A stretch of DNA of 63,868 bases, counting the filler, from Octopus bimaculoides (taxonomy: Eukaryota): NCBI RefSeq assembly GCF_001194135.2. It is 6 parts of 6 records of this genome, joined end to end, with 100 filler letters (N's around TTAATTAATTAA, not from the genome) between each part and the next. Parts side by side here need not be neighbours in the genome. Positions count along the whole stretch, not along the records: positions 28,148 to 50,344 come from NC_068994.1; positions 50,445 to 60,250 come from NC_068996.1; 4 more parts are not named here. The stretch is one strand, 5' to 3'. The translations under genes were made by a program, and so were the position numbers. Shown one piece after another: positions 38,410 through 51,796 of this stretch. Position 1 is the first letter of the stretch. Each line of letters opens with the position of its first letter. The notes under the pieces are model-generated. The model did no database searches and was not told the DNA's origin. It saw only the letters and a program-made list of their open reading frames with translations.

Positions 38410-41400
38410 AATTCTGGTTCGGAACATTGAATTGCGAGGCAAGTTGTATAAACCTGTAAATAACACCATTGAAATATTGCCTCGGAAACCCCTTTCGATA
38501 GAGAACGCACTTATGGTACATATGACAGTCATTCTATCTTTGAACCTTTTCTATTCCGAAGGGGTTTTTCAACCAAATATTTCAACAATGCTTATTATTT
38601 ATAGCCTTATGGGATATGCTTCAAAATCCAGTGTTCCCAAAACGGGATAATGTTCTCTTGAGCGTTCATAAAATCTTTATGACGTCAATAGTATATGTAT
38701 TTATATTCATATCCATGTTTGTGTATAATTGTGCACACAGATACACCCAAACCCATACATATATATATATATAAACTTATACACACATGCATGCACATAT
38801 GTGTCTGTGTTTGTATATAGCTAAAGTGTACTGTAATATAATAATACTCAAGATTTGTCCATTAAGTTATAGAATTATAAAGAAAGGCGTTTGTAAAAGC
38901 ATCGCATATAAAAATGTTTGTTAGATGAAAAACATTAGAAGAATATTAGAAAATAAAAAGGAGATAAAAGTAACAGAGTTGTGTAGGAAAGAAATGACTT
39001 CAGAGTGGTTATATTAAGGTTTGATGATTTGAAATCAACGGTAAATAATATGAATCTAGAAACTGGGGCGAATTTACAATAACGCGATTCGTTTTAGTTT
39101 ATACTTATATAAAATAAGAGTTTTGTATGCCGAAATGTTACGATTTAATTTTGTTGTTGATGACGAAACCGTGTGGAAAGAAAACTGACTTTTACGAGAA
39201 TTATTATAGAATATTTGAGCGTTTTAACGGTTTTATATCAAGAAGATATTAATTCTGAGTAGGGATTAAGGAAGATTAAAGTGTTCTGAAAAATAATTTT
39301 TAATATTAGGCAGAAATACACACTAGAAACGGCTTGTTGAAAGAAGGGTATGGTTTTACAAAGTACGTTATTTGCCATTTAATTTCAACGTATGTATGAT
39401 TACATTAAACACAGCAGATGGAGTTAAAACAGCATATTTATATATAACAACTTCTGAATGAATGTCGAAAATGTACACATTTTTGCGTAACTAAATTTAA
39501 AATTATTCAGTCATGCAGATTTTTTTAAATGCTGTGCATTGAATATCACCGGTTTCGTAATCATATGCGTGAATATATTAAACGTAAGTTTAAGACAAAC
39601 AATTTATATGGTCAGTACTAGAAGAGAATTCAGCACAGTTAAGTGTTATAGAATAAGTAATACTTAGTAAATTTTAGTTACAACTTTTAAAACCGCTCAT
39701 TGTGCGAGTCGGGGTGATGTTTTTTTGTTTTTTTCATTTTGTCTACCGTGTGAAAAGTTGTATGTTGTACGAAGGATTGTACTGGACTAGATTTCTATTT
39801 CTGAGGGATCATCGATCCATTTTCGCTTCACGCTATCTCTGAAATGGTCGTTGGGGTGGAGTACTCAGACACCTACTGCATAGGGTCCCATAAGAAACAA
39901 GCGTCATTGAATTTTCCTGCTGAATTTCCAAGTGTGTCCGACTGAGCCTATGGATATTATGGATTTTTTCATGGAGCGTTAGATGTATTTTAGATTGTTT
40001 CCTTGGCTACAAACTTCGTTCCCCTGCGTATCTTTGTGTCTAGGGACGCCCTATGGGTTGGAAAAGAAACTAATGACATATGTATTTTAGCTAGATGGTT
40101 TAAGATATTGTGCAGATGGTAAGAATGGATGCTCGTGTAAAGGAATGGTTCATTGAGTCTTTTGCACAGGAAGAACTACGGTTTGTTGAGCTTAGAAGCA
40201 ATATTAAGTTTTTTTTTATACGCAAAGTCTTTTCAAAAAGTAAGTACATTCAGAAGGAAGGATTCGAAAATGAGGCAGAAGAGTTCCTTGATGTCAAAAT
40301 CTGAAGTCTTCCTTAGCTGAGGAATTTTGGATTAAATAAACACGTTTCTTTCATTTTATTCTTAAGTGAGTAGTTAATACAAATGTAGGCAAGACATTAT
40401 CTAGAAGTCTTCACAAATCCGATATTTTTTTTTGTTGTGTGTGTGTGTGTGTGTGTGTGTGTGTNNNNNNNNNNNNNNNNNNNNNNNNNNNNNNNNNNNN
40501 NNNNNNNNNNNNNNNNNNNNNNNNNNNNNNNNNNNNNNNNNNNNNNNNNNNNNNNNNNNNNNNNNNNNNNNNNNNNNNNNNNNNNNNNNNNNNNNNNNNN
40601 NNNNNNNNNNNNNNNNNNNNNNNNNNNNNNNNNNNNNNNNNNNNNNNNNNNNNNNNNCTTGTGTGTGTGTAGGTTTTAGGGGTTTTCCGTCTGGTCTTTG
40701 AATGTGAAGTATGGATTTTGTAATGTTTAAGATTCTGTTCTCACCACTATATCTCAATCGTTTCCAGCTCATAGCTTGATATGATGTAATAAAATTATTA
40801 TTTTTTTTATATGCATTGGTAATTATCTGTAAGAGAAATATATGGCAGACTTAATGGTAAATTTCATAAGAGTTTTTAGAATCATCAGACTGCGCAAAGA
40901 TATAGTTTTTGACTACCGAACTTTATTTAATTTAGATTTCAAGACATACTATATTTCTTGGTAGTGTGTAAAAGTTTTATATTTTGATCATGCGAAAATA
41001 TTTGTATTGAATTACTATAGTTTCATCTTTCGGGTTATCAAACTGTATCGAGGATGTTTTCAAAAAAATATTACATTTATAATGCTTAAGGGCTGAAGTA
41101 GAGGTAAACAGTGAGGAAAATACAGAGCATAAATTGCGTCGTAGCTAAATCTGTTATAGGAACGAAAGCGTAACGGGATAAAAGGAGAAGAGGAAGTTAC
41201 CATGATTTATCAGATAGATCGATTAACACGGACGAATTAAAATTATTTTCAGTAAAACGATGTAATGACGAAAGAGTACGACCACGAACAGAAGCGGCGG
41301 GAGATACCCTATATAATAGTTTTATAAGTTGGAATTATCATGTTTTCAGAACTCAACGAAAGGACCACGTGCGCATGCAAGAAATAAAGTAAACTATGAA

Positions 41401-41628
41401 TGTCATTCTTAATTTTAATTTCAATTTTATTTTGTTAATAGCCCTTTTCTCTTCTCACATATTTTATATTCATTTTTGATAAGGTTTTTAAAAAAAAAAC
41501 GAAACATGTAAATTAATTAAAAATGTTTTTAAAAANNNNNNNNNNNNNNNNNNNNNNNNNNNNNNNNNNNNNNNNNNNNNNNNNNNNNNNNNNNNNNNNN
41601 NNNNNNNNNNNNNNNNNNNNNNNNNNNN

Positions 41629-41671
<43 letters not shown>

Positions 41672-41673
41672 AT

Positions 41674-41722
<49 letters not shown>

Positions 41723-41785
41723 CGATAGATAGATACATAGATAGATAGATAGATAGATAGGTAGGTAGGTAGGTAGGTAGGTAGG

Positions 41786-41855
<70 letters not shown>

Positions 41856-42481
41856 TGACATGATATGATATGAAAATAACATATTCTCACAATCCAACTA
41901 ATACTTGCCACTTTTGAAGGAAGACTTCCGTATATTACCCAAGTCATGCTGATGTACATAAACCCCCACACACAAAACAAGCAGACAGACAGACAGACAG
42001 ACAGATATATATGACATGATATGATATGATGATATGGTATAATATGAAATGATATAATACGATAATGCCAACGTGTTCTTACTAACCAACTAATAATTGC
42101 CACTTTGAAGGAAGACTTCTATATATTATTACGCAAGTCAAATGTCGAACTAATTGGATGTATATTTCTGATTCTATTATAATACGAAGTAAACTAAGCA
42201 TGTTCCTTTAACTATATATTGCAGTCGACAAGATTTTTGCAAGTTGATATCACAATATCACAATACGGTAGAACAGTCAAATGAAACGTCTTTGTTGGTG
42301 TATGATATGCTAGAACTAGCAGCTAGATCTTCTGCATGTCGTACAAATTTTACGTGAAATTCTTACAAAGGAAGAATGGATAATCTAATATTGTCTTAGA
42401 TAATCTATGACTGAAAAAAAAAGAAGAGAAAATAAACGGATATAACGGTAATTTATAGAATACTGCTACAATATTAGGAAT

Positions 42482-42776
42482 GTGAAGGCGCATAGCTCAA
42501 TGGTTAGAGCGTCGGGTTCACAATCATGAGAGTGTGAGTTCGATTCCCGGACCTAGCTGTGTGTTATGTTCTTGAACAAGACACTTTATTTCACGTTGCT
42601 CCAGTTCACTCAGCCGTAGAAATGAGTTGCGACGTCACTAGTGCCAAGGTCTAGCGGCATTTGTCTTTCCCTTGGATAACATCAGTGACGTGGTGATGGG
42701 AGACTGGTATGCATGGGTGACTACTTACCTTCCATAAACAAATTTGCCCGGACTTGTTCCTCGGAAGGGAACTTTC
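42482..42776 (+). mobile_element. tRNA-derived SINE (family GTGAAGGCGCATRGCT...CTTGAGCAAGACACTTTATTTCAC)
   Basis: A box TAGCTCAATGG, B box GAGTTCGATTCC, body shared with 52910-53225 and 63116-63420. Confidence 0.8.
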
Positions 42777-43458
42777 ACCTGGTTATTCATGACAGAAGTG
42801 GGTTCTTTATTAGGAATGAGCTGAAGTTAAACAATGTCGACAACACTGCTGACTTTGCTTNNNNNNNNNNNNNNNNNNNNNNNNNNNNNNNNNNNNNNNN
42901 NNNNNNNNNNNNNNNNNNNNNNNNNNNNNNNNNNNNNNNNNNNNNNNNNNNNNNNNNNNNNNNNNNNNNNNNNNNNNNNNNNNNNNNNNNNNNNNNNNNN
43001 NNNNNNNNNNNNNNNNNNNNNNNNNNNNNNNNNNNNNNNNNNNNNNNNNNNNNNNNNNNNNNNNNNNNNNNNNNNNNNNNNNNNNNNNNNNNNNNNNNNN
43101 NNNNNNNNNNNNNNNNNNNNNNNNNNNNNNNNNNNNNNNNNNNNNNNNNNNNNNNNNNNNNNNNNNNNNNNNNNNNNNNNNNNNNNNNNNNNNNNNNNNN
43201 NNNNNNNNNNNNNNNNNNNNNNNNNNNNNNNNNNNNNNNNNNNNNNNNNNNNNNNNNNNNNNNNNNNNNNNNNNNNNNNNNNNNNNNNNNNNNNNNNNNN
43301 NNNNNNNNNNNNNNNNNNNNNNNNNNNNNNNNNNNNNNNNNNNNNNNNNNNNNNNNNNNNNNNNNNNNNNNNNNNNNNNNNNNNNNNNNNNNNNNNNNNN
43401 NNNNNNNNNNNNNNNNNNNNNNNNNNNNNNNNNNNNNNNNNNNNNNNNNNNNNNNNNN

Positions 43459-43560
43459 GCTGTAATAGAAGACCAAGAAGCTGCCGCGAAGTGGGATTGA
43501 ACCTGAAATCGCGTGACTACAAGATGAGCTTCTTAACCACATTGCTATGCCTGTTTGCAA
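43459..43560 (-). mobile_element. SINE head fragment
   Basis: Minus strand ACAGGCATAGCAATGTGGTTAAGAAGCTC...GGTTCAATCCCACTTCG; related to the family at 19058. Confidence 0.6.
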
Positions 43561-44589
43561 AGGTGAAAAAAAGACATAATGGTCATGTTACCGTTGGAAT
43601 ACTCTACTCAGAGTAGTTTTGGATTTGGGTTTTATATGAAAATAAACAACAATAATAGTTACAAGATTATCACGAGGAAGTATAACTTATGAGCCTAAAA
43701 TAAATGGAAAAATGCATTCAGACTAAAAGGAACGCAACTACATACACACAGATTCATATATACATATAGGAGATTAATGTAGAAAACATAGGTAAGTAAT
43801 ATGGAACCCTAGAATGGAGATAATACGATTCAGAAACATATAACCAAGAAAGATTTACATAACAAAATCAATAAAACATTAAGAAAGAGCCCTCACCTCA
43901 GAAAAAAAGCAAAAAAAAGAAAAAAAAGATTTATAATTTAGTAAAATCTAGATTTTAGGATTCCTTGAAAAAAAAATATGTAATTCTAAAGATAAACAAA
44001 CACAGAAGAAAACTACGAAAGAATTCTTACTCTTAAGGAAAATAGAAACAGTAAAAAAATAGATAACGTACGATATACATTGTATAATCCAGAAAAATTT
44101 CTACGGAGTGTATACAGAAGCCATAAAAACAATCCGCGTGCGTAAAATACTAGACCTAAAGATATTCCACGTACAATACACGTGGAGGTAGAAACAGACG
44201 CAACTCACACACTACAACTATCTAAATAATATATATACCTACAAAGTCACTGAGCAACTTATCTACAGAGTTATAGAGCTACAGAGCTATAGAGCTATAG
44301 AGTTCTTTAAAAGGATTCATAGTTACAAATATTTATCTCTAGTTTCATAGGATTAGTCAGATATGAGAGAAAAAATTTTCCTAGGGAAGAACGACAGTCT
44401 ATTATAGGTGACATTCTTAGGAGATGTATAGAGCCTATTTCTGGCAGTTAGCAGTACTACGGAACGTAGATTAGTCGAGTGAGATTTTTACACCGCCTCT
44501 CGACAAGTTAGAAGCATCGGCTACAGTTATATCTTAACAGATTTGATATTTGGTAATGTATTCTTAGATACACTGCGTGTGAAAATGCG

Positions 44590-44790
44590 GATTTCGAATT
44601 TTGGCACAAGGCCAGCAAGATCGGGGGAAGACTAATCGATTACATCCACCCCAGTGCTCAGCTGGTACTTGTTTTATCGACCCTGAAAAGAGGAAAGGCA
44701 AAGCTGAACTCGACGGGATTTGGTCTGCCAACTGAAAGACGGAGAAAATGCCGCTAAACATCTTATCCGGCGTGCTAACGATTAACTCCA
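44590..44790 (-). mobile_element. tRNA-derived SINE (family of 1-170)
   Basis: Reverse complement contains CGTTAGCACGCCGGA...GTCGAGTTCAGCTTTGCCTTTCC..TTTTCAGGGTCGATAAAACAAGTACCAG...GGCCTTGTGCC. Confidence 0.75.
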
Positions 44791-44835
44791 GATTTCAAAG
44801 TTTCATATCATCGTTCATTTCTCCGACGCTGTATA

Positions 44836-44879
<44 letters not shown>

Positions 44880-44888
44880 CTCTATCTA

Positions 44889-44925
<37 letters not shown>

Positions 44926-45034
44926 ATATCTGTCTGTCTTTGTCTGTGTCTCTCTCTTCCTTTTTATCTATCCTTCTATGTCTCTCTCTCTCTTTGTCTC
45001 CCGTTGTATGTATGTATGTATGTATGTATATATA

Positions 45035-45075
<41 letters not shown>

Positions 45076-45204
45076 ATCTATCTTTCAATATCTCTCCCTT
45101 CGCACCTTCTGTCTCGGTTTTTCTCTCTCTCTCTCTATGTATATATATATATACATACATATATATATTGCTACCGTAGATAGTTGTTTTACTAATCATA
45201 TTCA

Positions 45205-45260
<56 letters not shown>

Positions 45261-46042
45261 AACAAACTTGAGGTTAGTTTAGGTATGTTTGTGAGTTATT
45301 TTAATTTCTTAGGCTAAATCACTGCATTTTACTTTAGAGAAAAAAAGCTTCTTGCTTATGGAAAAGAGATGTGCAAATACCTTATCTGCTCAGCGTCGCC
45401 TCCTATCAGACATGATTTGTAAAAAATAAAATTCTGAGCAACACGTTTTTCAACAGCATCAACTATTACTGTGTATAGATTACTTGAAGCCTCAAGTTAT
45501 ATATATATTTTTTTTTGACTGCTTCTTCTAGCGTGTAAAATTACCTGTTAAATTGAGTTTCTCTTGTGTTTAAATGTACACTATTCTATATTGAGAATAT
45601 GTTGTTTATTGACTTTTTATACATGCTAGGCCACTGGTAGTGAAATTTCTAAAAGTATTCGCTACCCTGTATATATTTTACGAATATGATTTTAGCATTT
45701 CGGAGATCAGTTCGGCACTTTTCATTTGCTGCCGACTGAAACTGCGCTTGCGCGGTGAATTTGAAAAAATACAACATATAATGATGAGACACGTGTTATT
45801 TGTCTCTAAATTATATGTTAATGTTATGGCAAGGTTACTGATGAGAATTTCGCCTAGTAAATTATTTTATTTGCTCAATAAATCTGAAACCTAGGTATAA
45901 CCGTAAAAAAATAACAAGGTAAAAGTTTTTACTTTTCATTGCCTTTGAAATTACTCTTAAATGTGGTTTTGGTCGTTTTGGCTGCTTCTTCTAGCGTGTA
46001 AAATTACCTGTTAAATTCTGTTGTGTTTAAATTGTACACTGT

Positions 46043-46111
<69 letters not shown>

Positions 46112-46324
46112 NNNNNNNNNNNNNNNNNNNNNNNNNNNNNNNNNNNNNNNNNNNNNNNNNNNNNNNNNNNNNNNNNGTGAGGACGTGCACAAGAAATCTA
46201 TTAGTATGACGCTAGGTGAAAGGAGAAAGCTTGATGTTTTGAGCATAGCTCGTCGTCGGAAAAGAGAAAAAGAAAAGTTCAAAGATGGAAAAGAAATCGC
46301 TAATGGCACGTCCCTCTCTCTTTC

Positions 46325-46460
46325 TTTTCTCAAAATCAACTTTACCTTTCATTCTTTCGGAGTCGGTAAAATAAGTACCAGTTGAACACTATGGTCGATG
46401 TAATTGACTTATCGTTTCCCGCCCTGAAATTTCTGGCCTTGTGTTAAATTTGAAACCATT
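46325..46460 (+). mobile_element. SINE 3' portion (family of 1-170)
   Basis: TCAACTTTACCTTTCATTCTTTCGGAGTCGGTAAAATAAGTACCAGTT...GGCCTTGTG. Confidence 0.75.
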
Positions 46461-47836
46461 ATAGATACTCGCCCAAAGTACCGCGTAGAGGAAACGAACC
46501 CAAACCCATTTGATGCTATATAAAATAAACTTTCTTAACTTCATGGCCATACTTGCGTCACGGCCTTACACTAAACAAACGAAACAAACCAAAACAAACG
46601 AAAACAATAACAGGCGTGTTGATAATAAATGGGACACTTTCGATCATAGGTCTGTTCGATTATTAGAGAGAGAAAGAGAGAGAGAGAGAGAGAGCTGGTG
46701 AATAGAAGCGGTAGAAGTGGTAAAGGATAAACCATCGTCATCATCATTATTATCATCATCATCTTCATCATCAACAAAAACAACAACAAACAAATAAGGT
46801 GATACCAGGCTGCCATAAAAATCAATGCTGTCCAGCCTCTGTCAGCAATCTGAGAGCGAGAAATCCCGTATATTAATCATGCTTTCTTACAAAATAGAAT
46901 GCTTTATTGCATATGAATAATGGAAAATTACATAAACTAAACAGAAAATAGAGTTTGTCTGGTAATATATTTTTCTTAATGCCATTACCAAACGGGTAGT
47001 GTTGCACACAGATAAAGTATCAAGCACAGATGCCGTTCTGTCGTTCTGCCGTTCTACTGTTCTGCTGTTCTGCCGTGACTTCAATTTTCAACGTCTTATT
47101 ATTGGCTGAACGTAAATAATTGATTTCTTAGTTTGACACAAGCCGAAAGGGGGTGGTGGTGTTATGGAGTGGAATGTCTAGTTAAGCGGTAATATAGGCG
47201 ATAGAATCGACTGCACTATTTTGTTGGTGCTTCTGATAACGAACACTTCTCCTCTCACCTATTACTACTTTCCTCCCCCAAACACGGGCGTTCGGAAACA
47301 CGAAAAAAGTCGATTCGTTGTTTTTGCAAGAATTGACCGAATACCGTCCATAATAATCATAATAAGAATAAAAATTTAAAAAATAATAATAATAATAATA
47401 ATGTTCATGGTAATAATGCTCTGATGCAGTACCAGGCACTGACTCTCATGATTTCAACTGATTGGAAGTGTTATGATGTACATGTTTTGTCTTGGTATAA
47501 AAGATGGGTTACAGCAAATAGTCTGCTCAATACCACAGTTTTGCTTGTTAGTTGTTTGACGTTAACCAGTTGAGCATGTCCCTTGTTGGTTGATGATATG
47601 TGCATCTCTGATCACGAGTAGAAGTAGTGGGGGAGCATTATAGGCATGTGTTGAAAGGAATTCTTTTGGGTTTAGATAATTCACCTCTGGAACCAAGGGT
47701 GTTTCGTTCAACGGGAGCGTAAACAAACGAACACTGGTTGTCATAAATATATTCTGGGGAATAAACACAAACATACATATACATGTACGTGTGTATATGT
47801 GTAAATACTTATATACATATATACATACATACATAC

Positions 47837-48018
47837 ACCGACCTGTGGGAAAGGGCCAAACAGGAGCCCATACATTTTCAGATTAGACGAAAGAAATGGA
47901 GATGGATCGGACACACGCTGCAGAAAGAACCCTCAAATGTGACACGACAAGCACTTGACAAGAAAACGCAGGGGAAAAGGAAGTGAGGACGCCCGAAGCA
48001 GACATGGAAGCGGAGCAT
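47837..48018 (+). pseudogene. RTE-clade LINE 3' fragment
   Basis: DLWERAKQEPIHFQIRRKKWRWIGHTLQKEPSNVTRQALD...QGKRK*GRPKQTW is the characteristic RTE ORF C-terminus. Confidence 0.85.
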
Positions 48019-48079
48019 NNNNNNNNNNTATATATATATATATATATATGTAGGTATGTATGTATGTATGTATAAAAAT

Positions 48080-48244
48080 TTGCGACGGGGTTCCGGAGAC
48101 TTTCTTTCTACCAAATTTACTCACAAAGGCTTTGGGCGAACCCGGAGCTACCGTAAAAGACACTTGCCGAAGCGGCCAAATTGCCGACCAGTGCAACTGC
48201 TTCCTTGCAAAGTGACCAACTTAACCACACAGCCACACATTCCC
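48080..48244 (-). mobile_element. Diverged SINE 5' half (family of 19058)
   Basis: Reverse complement GTGGCTGTGTGGTTAAG...CGGCAAGTGTCTTTTAC...CCAAAGCCTTTGTGAGTAAATTTGGTAGA. Confidence 0.65.
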
Positions 48245-50180
48245 TTAGACGTAAAGATCCACGTAAAAATATACATTACATAATCGAGAAGACATGTAAT
48301 ATAGAATACCAAACAAACTATTTGTACAGCATTAGTCGCAAAAAACTACAAGAAGTGAACATTATGCTATTCATGGAAACAACTACATACTTCGATGGAA
48401 ATCTTTTTTTTTTTTTTTTGTTTCCTTTCCTTATTCAGATTAGAATTTAAATACTTTATACAGGTTCCAGCTTTTTCTCAAATACAGTACTTTGACAAAA
48501 AATCGTCTACGCTATATATAATAACACTATACGTATATCCCTCTCCCTCCCCCCTCTCTCTCTCTCTCTCTCTCTCNNNNNNNNNNNNNNNNNNNNNNNN
48601 NNNNNNNNNNNNNNNNNNNNNNNNNNNNNNNNNNNNNNNNNNNNNNNNNNNNNNNNNNNNNNNNNNNNNNNNNNNNNNNNNNNNNNNNNNNNNNNNNNNN
48701 NNNNNNNNNNNNNNNNNNNNNNNNNNNNNNNNNNNNNNNNNNNNNNNNNNNNNNNNNNNNNNNNNNNNNNNNNNNNNNNNNNNNNNNNNNNNNNNNNNNN
48801 NNNNNNNNNNNNNNNNNNNNNNNNNNNNNNNNNNNNNNNNNNNNNNNNNNNNNNNNNNNNNNNNNNNNNNNNNNNNNNNNNNNNNNNNNNNNNNNNNNNN
48901 NNNNNNNNNNNNNNNNNNNNNNNNNNNNNNNNNNNNNNNNNNNNNNNNNNNNNNNNNNNNNNNNNNNNNNNNNNNNNNNNNNNNNNNNNNNNNNNNNNNN
49001 NNNNNNNNNNNNNNNNNNNNNNNNNNNNNNNNNNNNNNNNNNNNNNNNNNNNNNNNNNNNNNNNNNNNNNNNNNNNNNNNNNNNNNNNNNNNNNNNNNNN
49101 NNNNNNNNNNNNNNNNNNNNNNNNNNNNNNNNNNNNNNNNNNNNNNNNNNNNNNNNNNNNNNNNNNNNNNNNNNNNNNNNNNNNNNNNNNNNNNNNNNNN
49201 NNNNNNNNNNNNNNNNNNNNNNNNNNNNNNNNNNNNNNNNNNNNNNNNNNNNNNNNGTGTGTATGTGTGCATGTGTGTGAGTGTGTGTGCATGTGTGTGT
49301 ATGTGTGTGCGCGCGTGTGTGTGTATGTGTGTGTGCGCGTGTGTGTGTCTGTGTGAGTGGTAATGCTTAGAATTTAGTCAAATTTAACAAAAAATGATGA
49401 TAGATATAATAAACAACAATTCATGAACATCATGAAGAAAACCAACATCTATTATCTATAAATGGAATACATATATGGATGGATGTGTATATGTATTTAT
49501 ATGTACACATATAAGTATGTATACGAGAGTATGTGCAAGTATGTATATATACAGATATATATATGCAAACAGATACACATTTGCATACACACACAGACAT
49601 GTATACGTATATACACACATAGTCACACACACACGTTAAGAACATAGAGAATACATTAAATATTTATTTGAGAACGTAGACTGATTTTATTTTCAGGTGC
49701 CTCTTCCATGTAGCTCAACTTGTATATCATTATGTTATTGCTCTAAAATAGCTGTATTTGTATACCATTATATCATTGCTCTAAACTTGGCGTTTCACTT
49801 TCATTGAGCTCTCTGCTAATAGGTTTGCACAGAAAGTATTTTCTTTATGGCTTCAAGGTTTTGCTTATTATAATTACCATAACAGCTAATTTCTGTAAGC
49901 TAATTTTCGAGTCCATTTTTAATGTCCATTTTGGAAATTCAACAAATGTCTTTGACGTCATTTAGAAATCAAATTAAGTACACGAGCGTTTTAGATGCTT
50001 CGGCTGAATTCTACACATCACCTGCTACTACTACGTAGGAAATATATGTACTGGATAACCGTGTTATCAATCTTCTTTTAGTCCGCTGAAGAAAGCATCA
50101 CGTGTGCATATATTTTAATCAATGTCTGGTTGCTCGAAACACGATCGTTTCTAGGAAATATATAGAATACATTACATAAG

Positions 50181-50240
<60 letters not shown>

Positions 50241-50258
50241 AAATATATATGAATATAT

Positions 50259-50344
50259 GAGGCGTGGTTGTGTGGTAAGGAGCTTGCTGCCTAACCATGT
50301 GGATCCAGGTTCAGTCTCACTGCGTGGCCTTAGGCGAGTACATT
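50259..50344 (+). mobile_element. SINE head truncated by a gap (family of 19058)
   Basis: GGCGTGGTTGTGTGGTAAGGAGCTTGC...GGTTCAGTCTCACTGCGTGG. Confidence 0.7.
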
Positions 50345-50481
50345 NNNNNNNNNNNNNNNNNNNNNNNNNNNNNNNNNNNNNNNNNNNNTTAATTAATTAA
50401 NNNNNNNNNNNNNNNNNNNNNNNNNNNNNNNNNNNNNNNNNNNNATTTATAAGCCTTAAAATTCACCCCATAATTGCCCAC

Positions 50482-50783
50482 GGGCATATGGCGTAGTGGT
50501 TAAGAGCGCGGGCTACTAACCCCAAGGTTCCGAGTTCGATTAATCAGCGACCTGATTAATAATAATAATAATAATAATATAATAATAATAATAATAATAA
50601 TAATAGTAACATCGATAGGAATGAGAACCCAGGTTCGAAATTTCCCCAAGACACCTGACGAAGGCTGGAGGGTATATCAGCCGAAACGTTGTGTTAACAA
50701 CAAACAAGATGAGGACGAATATCCGTCAAATGTAGATAATGTAAATAATGTAAATAATTCCTCATCTCTTAAATATAGAACTG
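50482..50783 (+). mobile_element. tRNA-headed SINE-like element with an (AAT)n spacer and an HHR-containing 3' tail (family A)
   Basis: A box TGGCGTAGTGG (50489-99), anticodon-like arm, B-box-like GAGTTCGAT (50532-40), (AAT)n at about 50557-50606, then a tail nearly identical to 13282-13408 and the inverted arm 13129-13281. Confidence 0.7.
50650..50695 (+). ncRNA. Minimal type I hammerhead ribozyme motif, family A
   Basis: GACAC-CTGACGA-A-GGCTG-gagggtatat-CAGCC-GAAAC-GTT-GTGTT. Its only core difference from 13316-13361 is at N7, the freely variable core position. Confidence 0.75.
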
Positions 50784-51271
50784 TATATATTTAGTTATTT
50801 CTCCCTCCCACTCCCTGCTTTCTCCTCTTTCTCACTTTCTCTCACCCTCTTCATTTTCCCCACCGTCTCACTATGTCTTTCGCTTCTGTTTCAAGGCTTT
50901 GTATATTCGATGGTTTATGTGAACATATGGTAATGCTGGAAGCCAGTTTTAAGTGTGTTATAAAATGTCAACATTTACATCTTTCTGTGTTAAATATAGT
51001 CTTACTGTCATATTAAAAAGGTCTTTTTCTTTTTGTTTTTCTTCAAAACAAATATATTTAAAAGATGATGATGATGTTTTGAAGAGTTGCTTTGAACAGT
51101 AGAAGAGGAAAAATAATCCCAAATAGCAAGAACTTTTACTTGATCCATCTACATTGTATTTCTTATTAGAAGTATTTAGCATTGTAAACAAAACAAAATA
51201 ATTACTATTTTTTTCTTTTTTTATGTAGAAGCTTGTGATTTTAATTAGATTTTGGAGAAATAATAAAACTA

Positions 51272-51459
51272 ATTCTTTTGTGTCTGGGGAGAGTCATTTT
51301 CTTATTGTGCCTTAAAAATTTAACACACTCACCGGTAAAATTTCCACTTATTTCTTATTTTTATTTTCCTAAAATAAGAAATAAGTGGAAATTTTACTGG
51401 TGAGTGTGTTAAATTTTAAGGTACAATAAGAAAATGACTCTCCCCAGACACAACAGAAT
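51272..51459. repeat. Inverted repeat, about 89-bp arms with about 9-nt loop
   Basis: ATTCTTTTGTGTCTGGGGAGAGTCATTTTC...CCACTTATTTCTTATTTT versus AAAATAAGAAATAAGTGG...GACTCTCCCCAGACACAACAGAAT, with few mismatches. Confidence 0.85.
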
Positions 51460-51749
51460 ATGCTTCAACACACGAAATCACATAAAAAATCTTGCAAACC
51501 AAATCCCAAAACGAAAAATAAAACTAATGCTTGCCAGGAGGGAGCAGTTCTTACTTCAGTAAGGAAACATGGTTTATTTAGCGATGATATTCTATTTTCT
51601 GATTGTTAGCTTCGTTGGTTGCAAGTTCACTGCATTTATGATGCTACCAGTGACAAGGGATCGTCTGTGAAAGGTCAAGTGAAACAAATATTACAAGGGA
51701 CTTTATTTGAGAGCTTTGGCATATTGGCTTTCTGACTGATATTTTATAT

Positions 51750-51796
<47 letters not shown>

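Noticed and set aside
39760-40310. Possible LINE ORF2 C-terminal remnant
   Set aside because: Only vague similarity and no diagnostic motif could be read; left unannotated.
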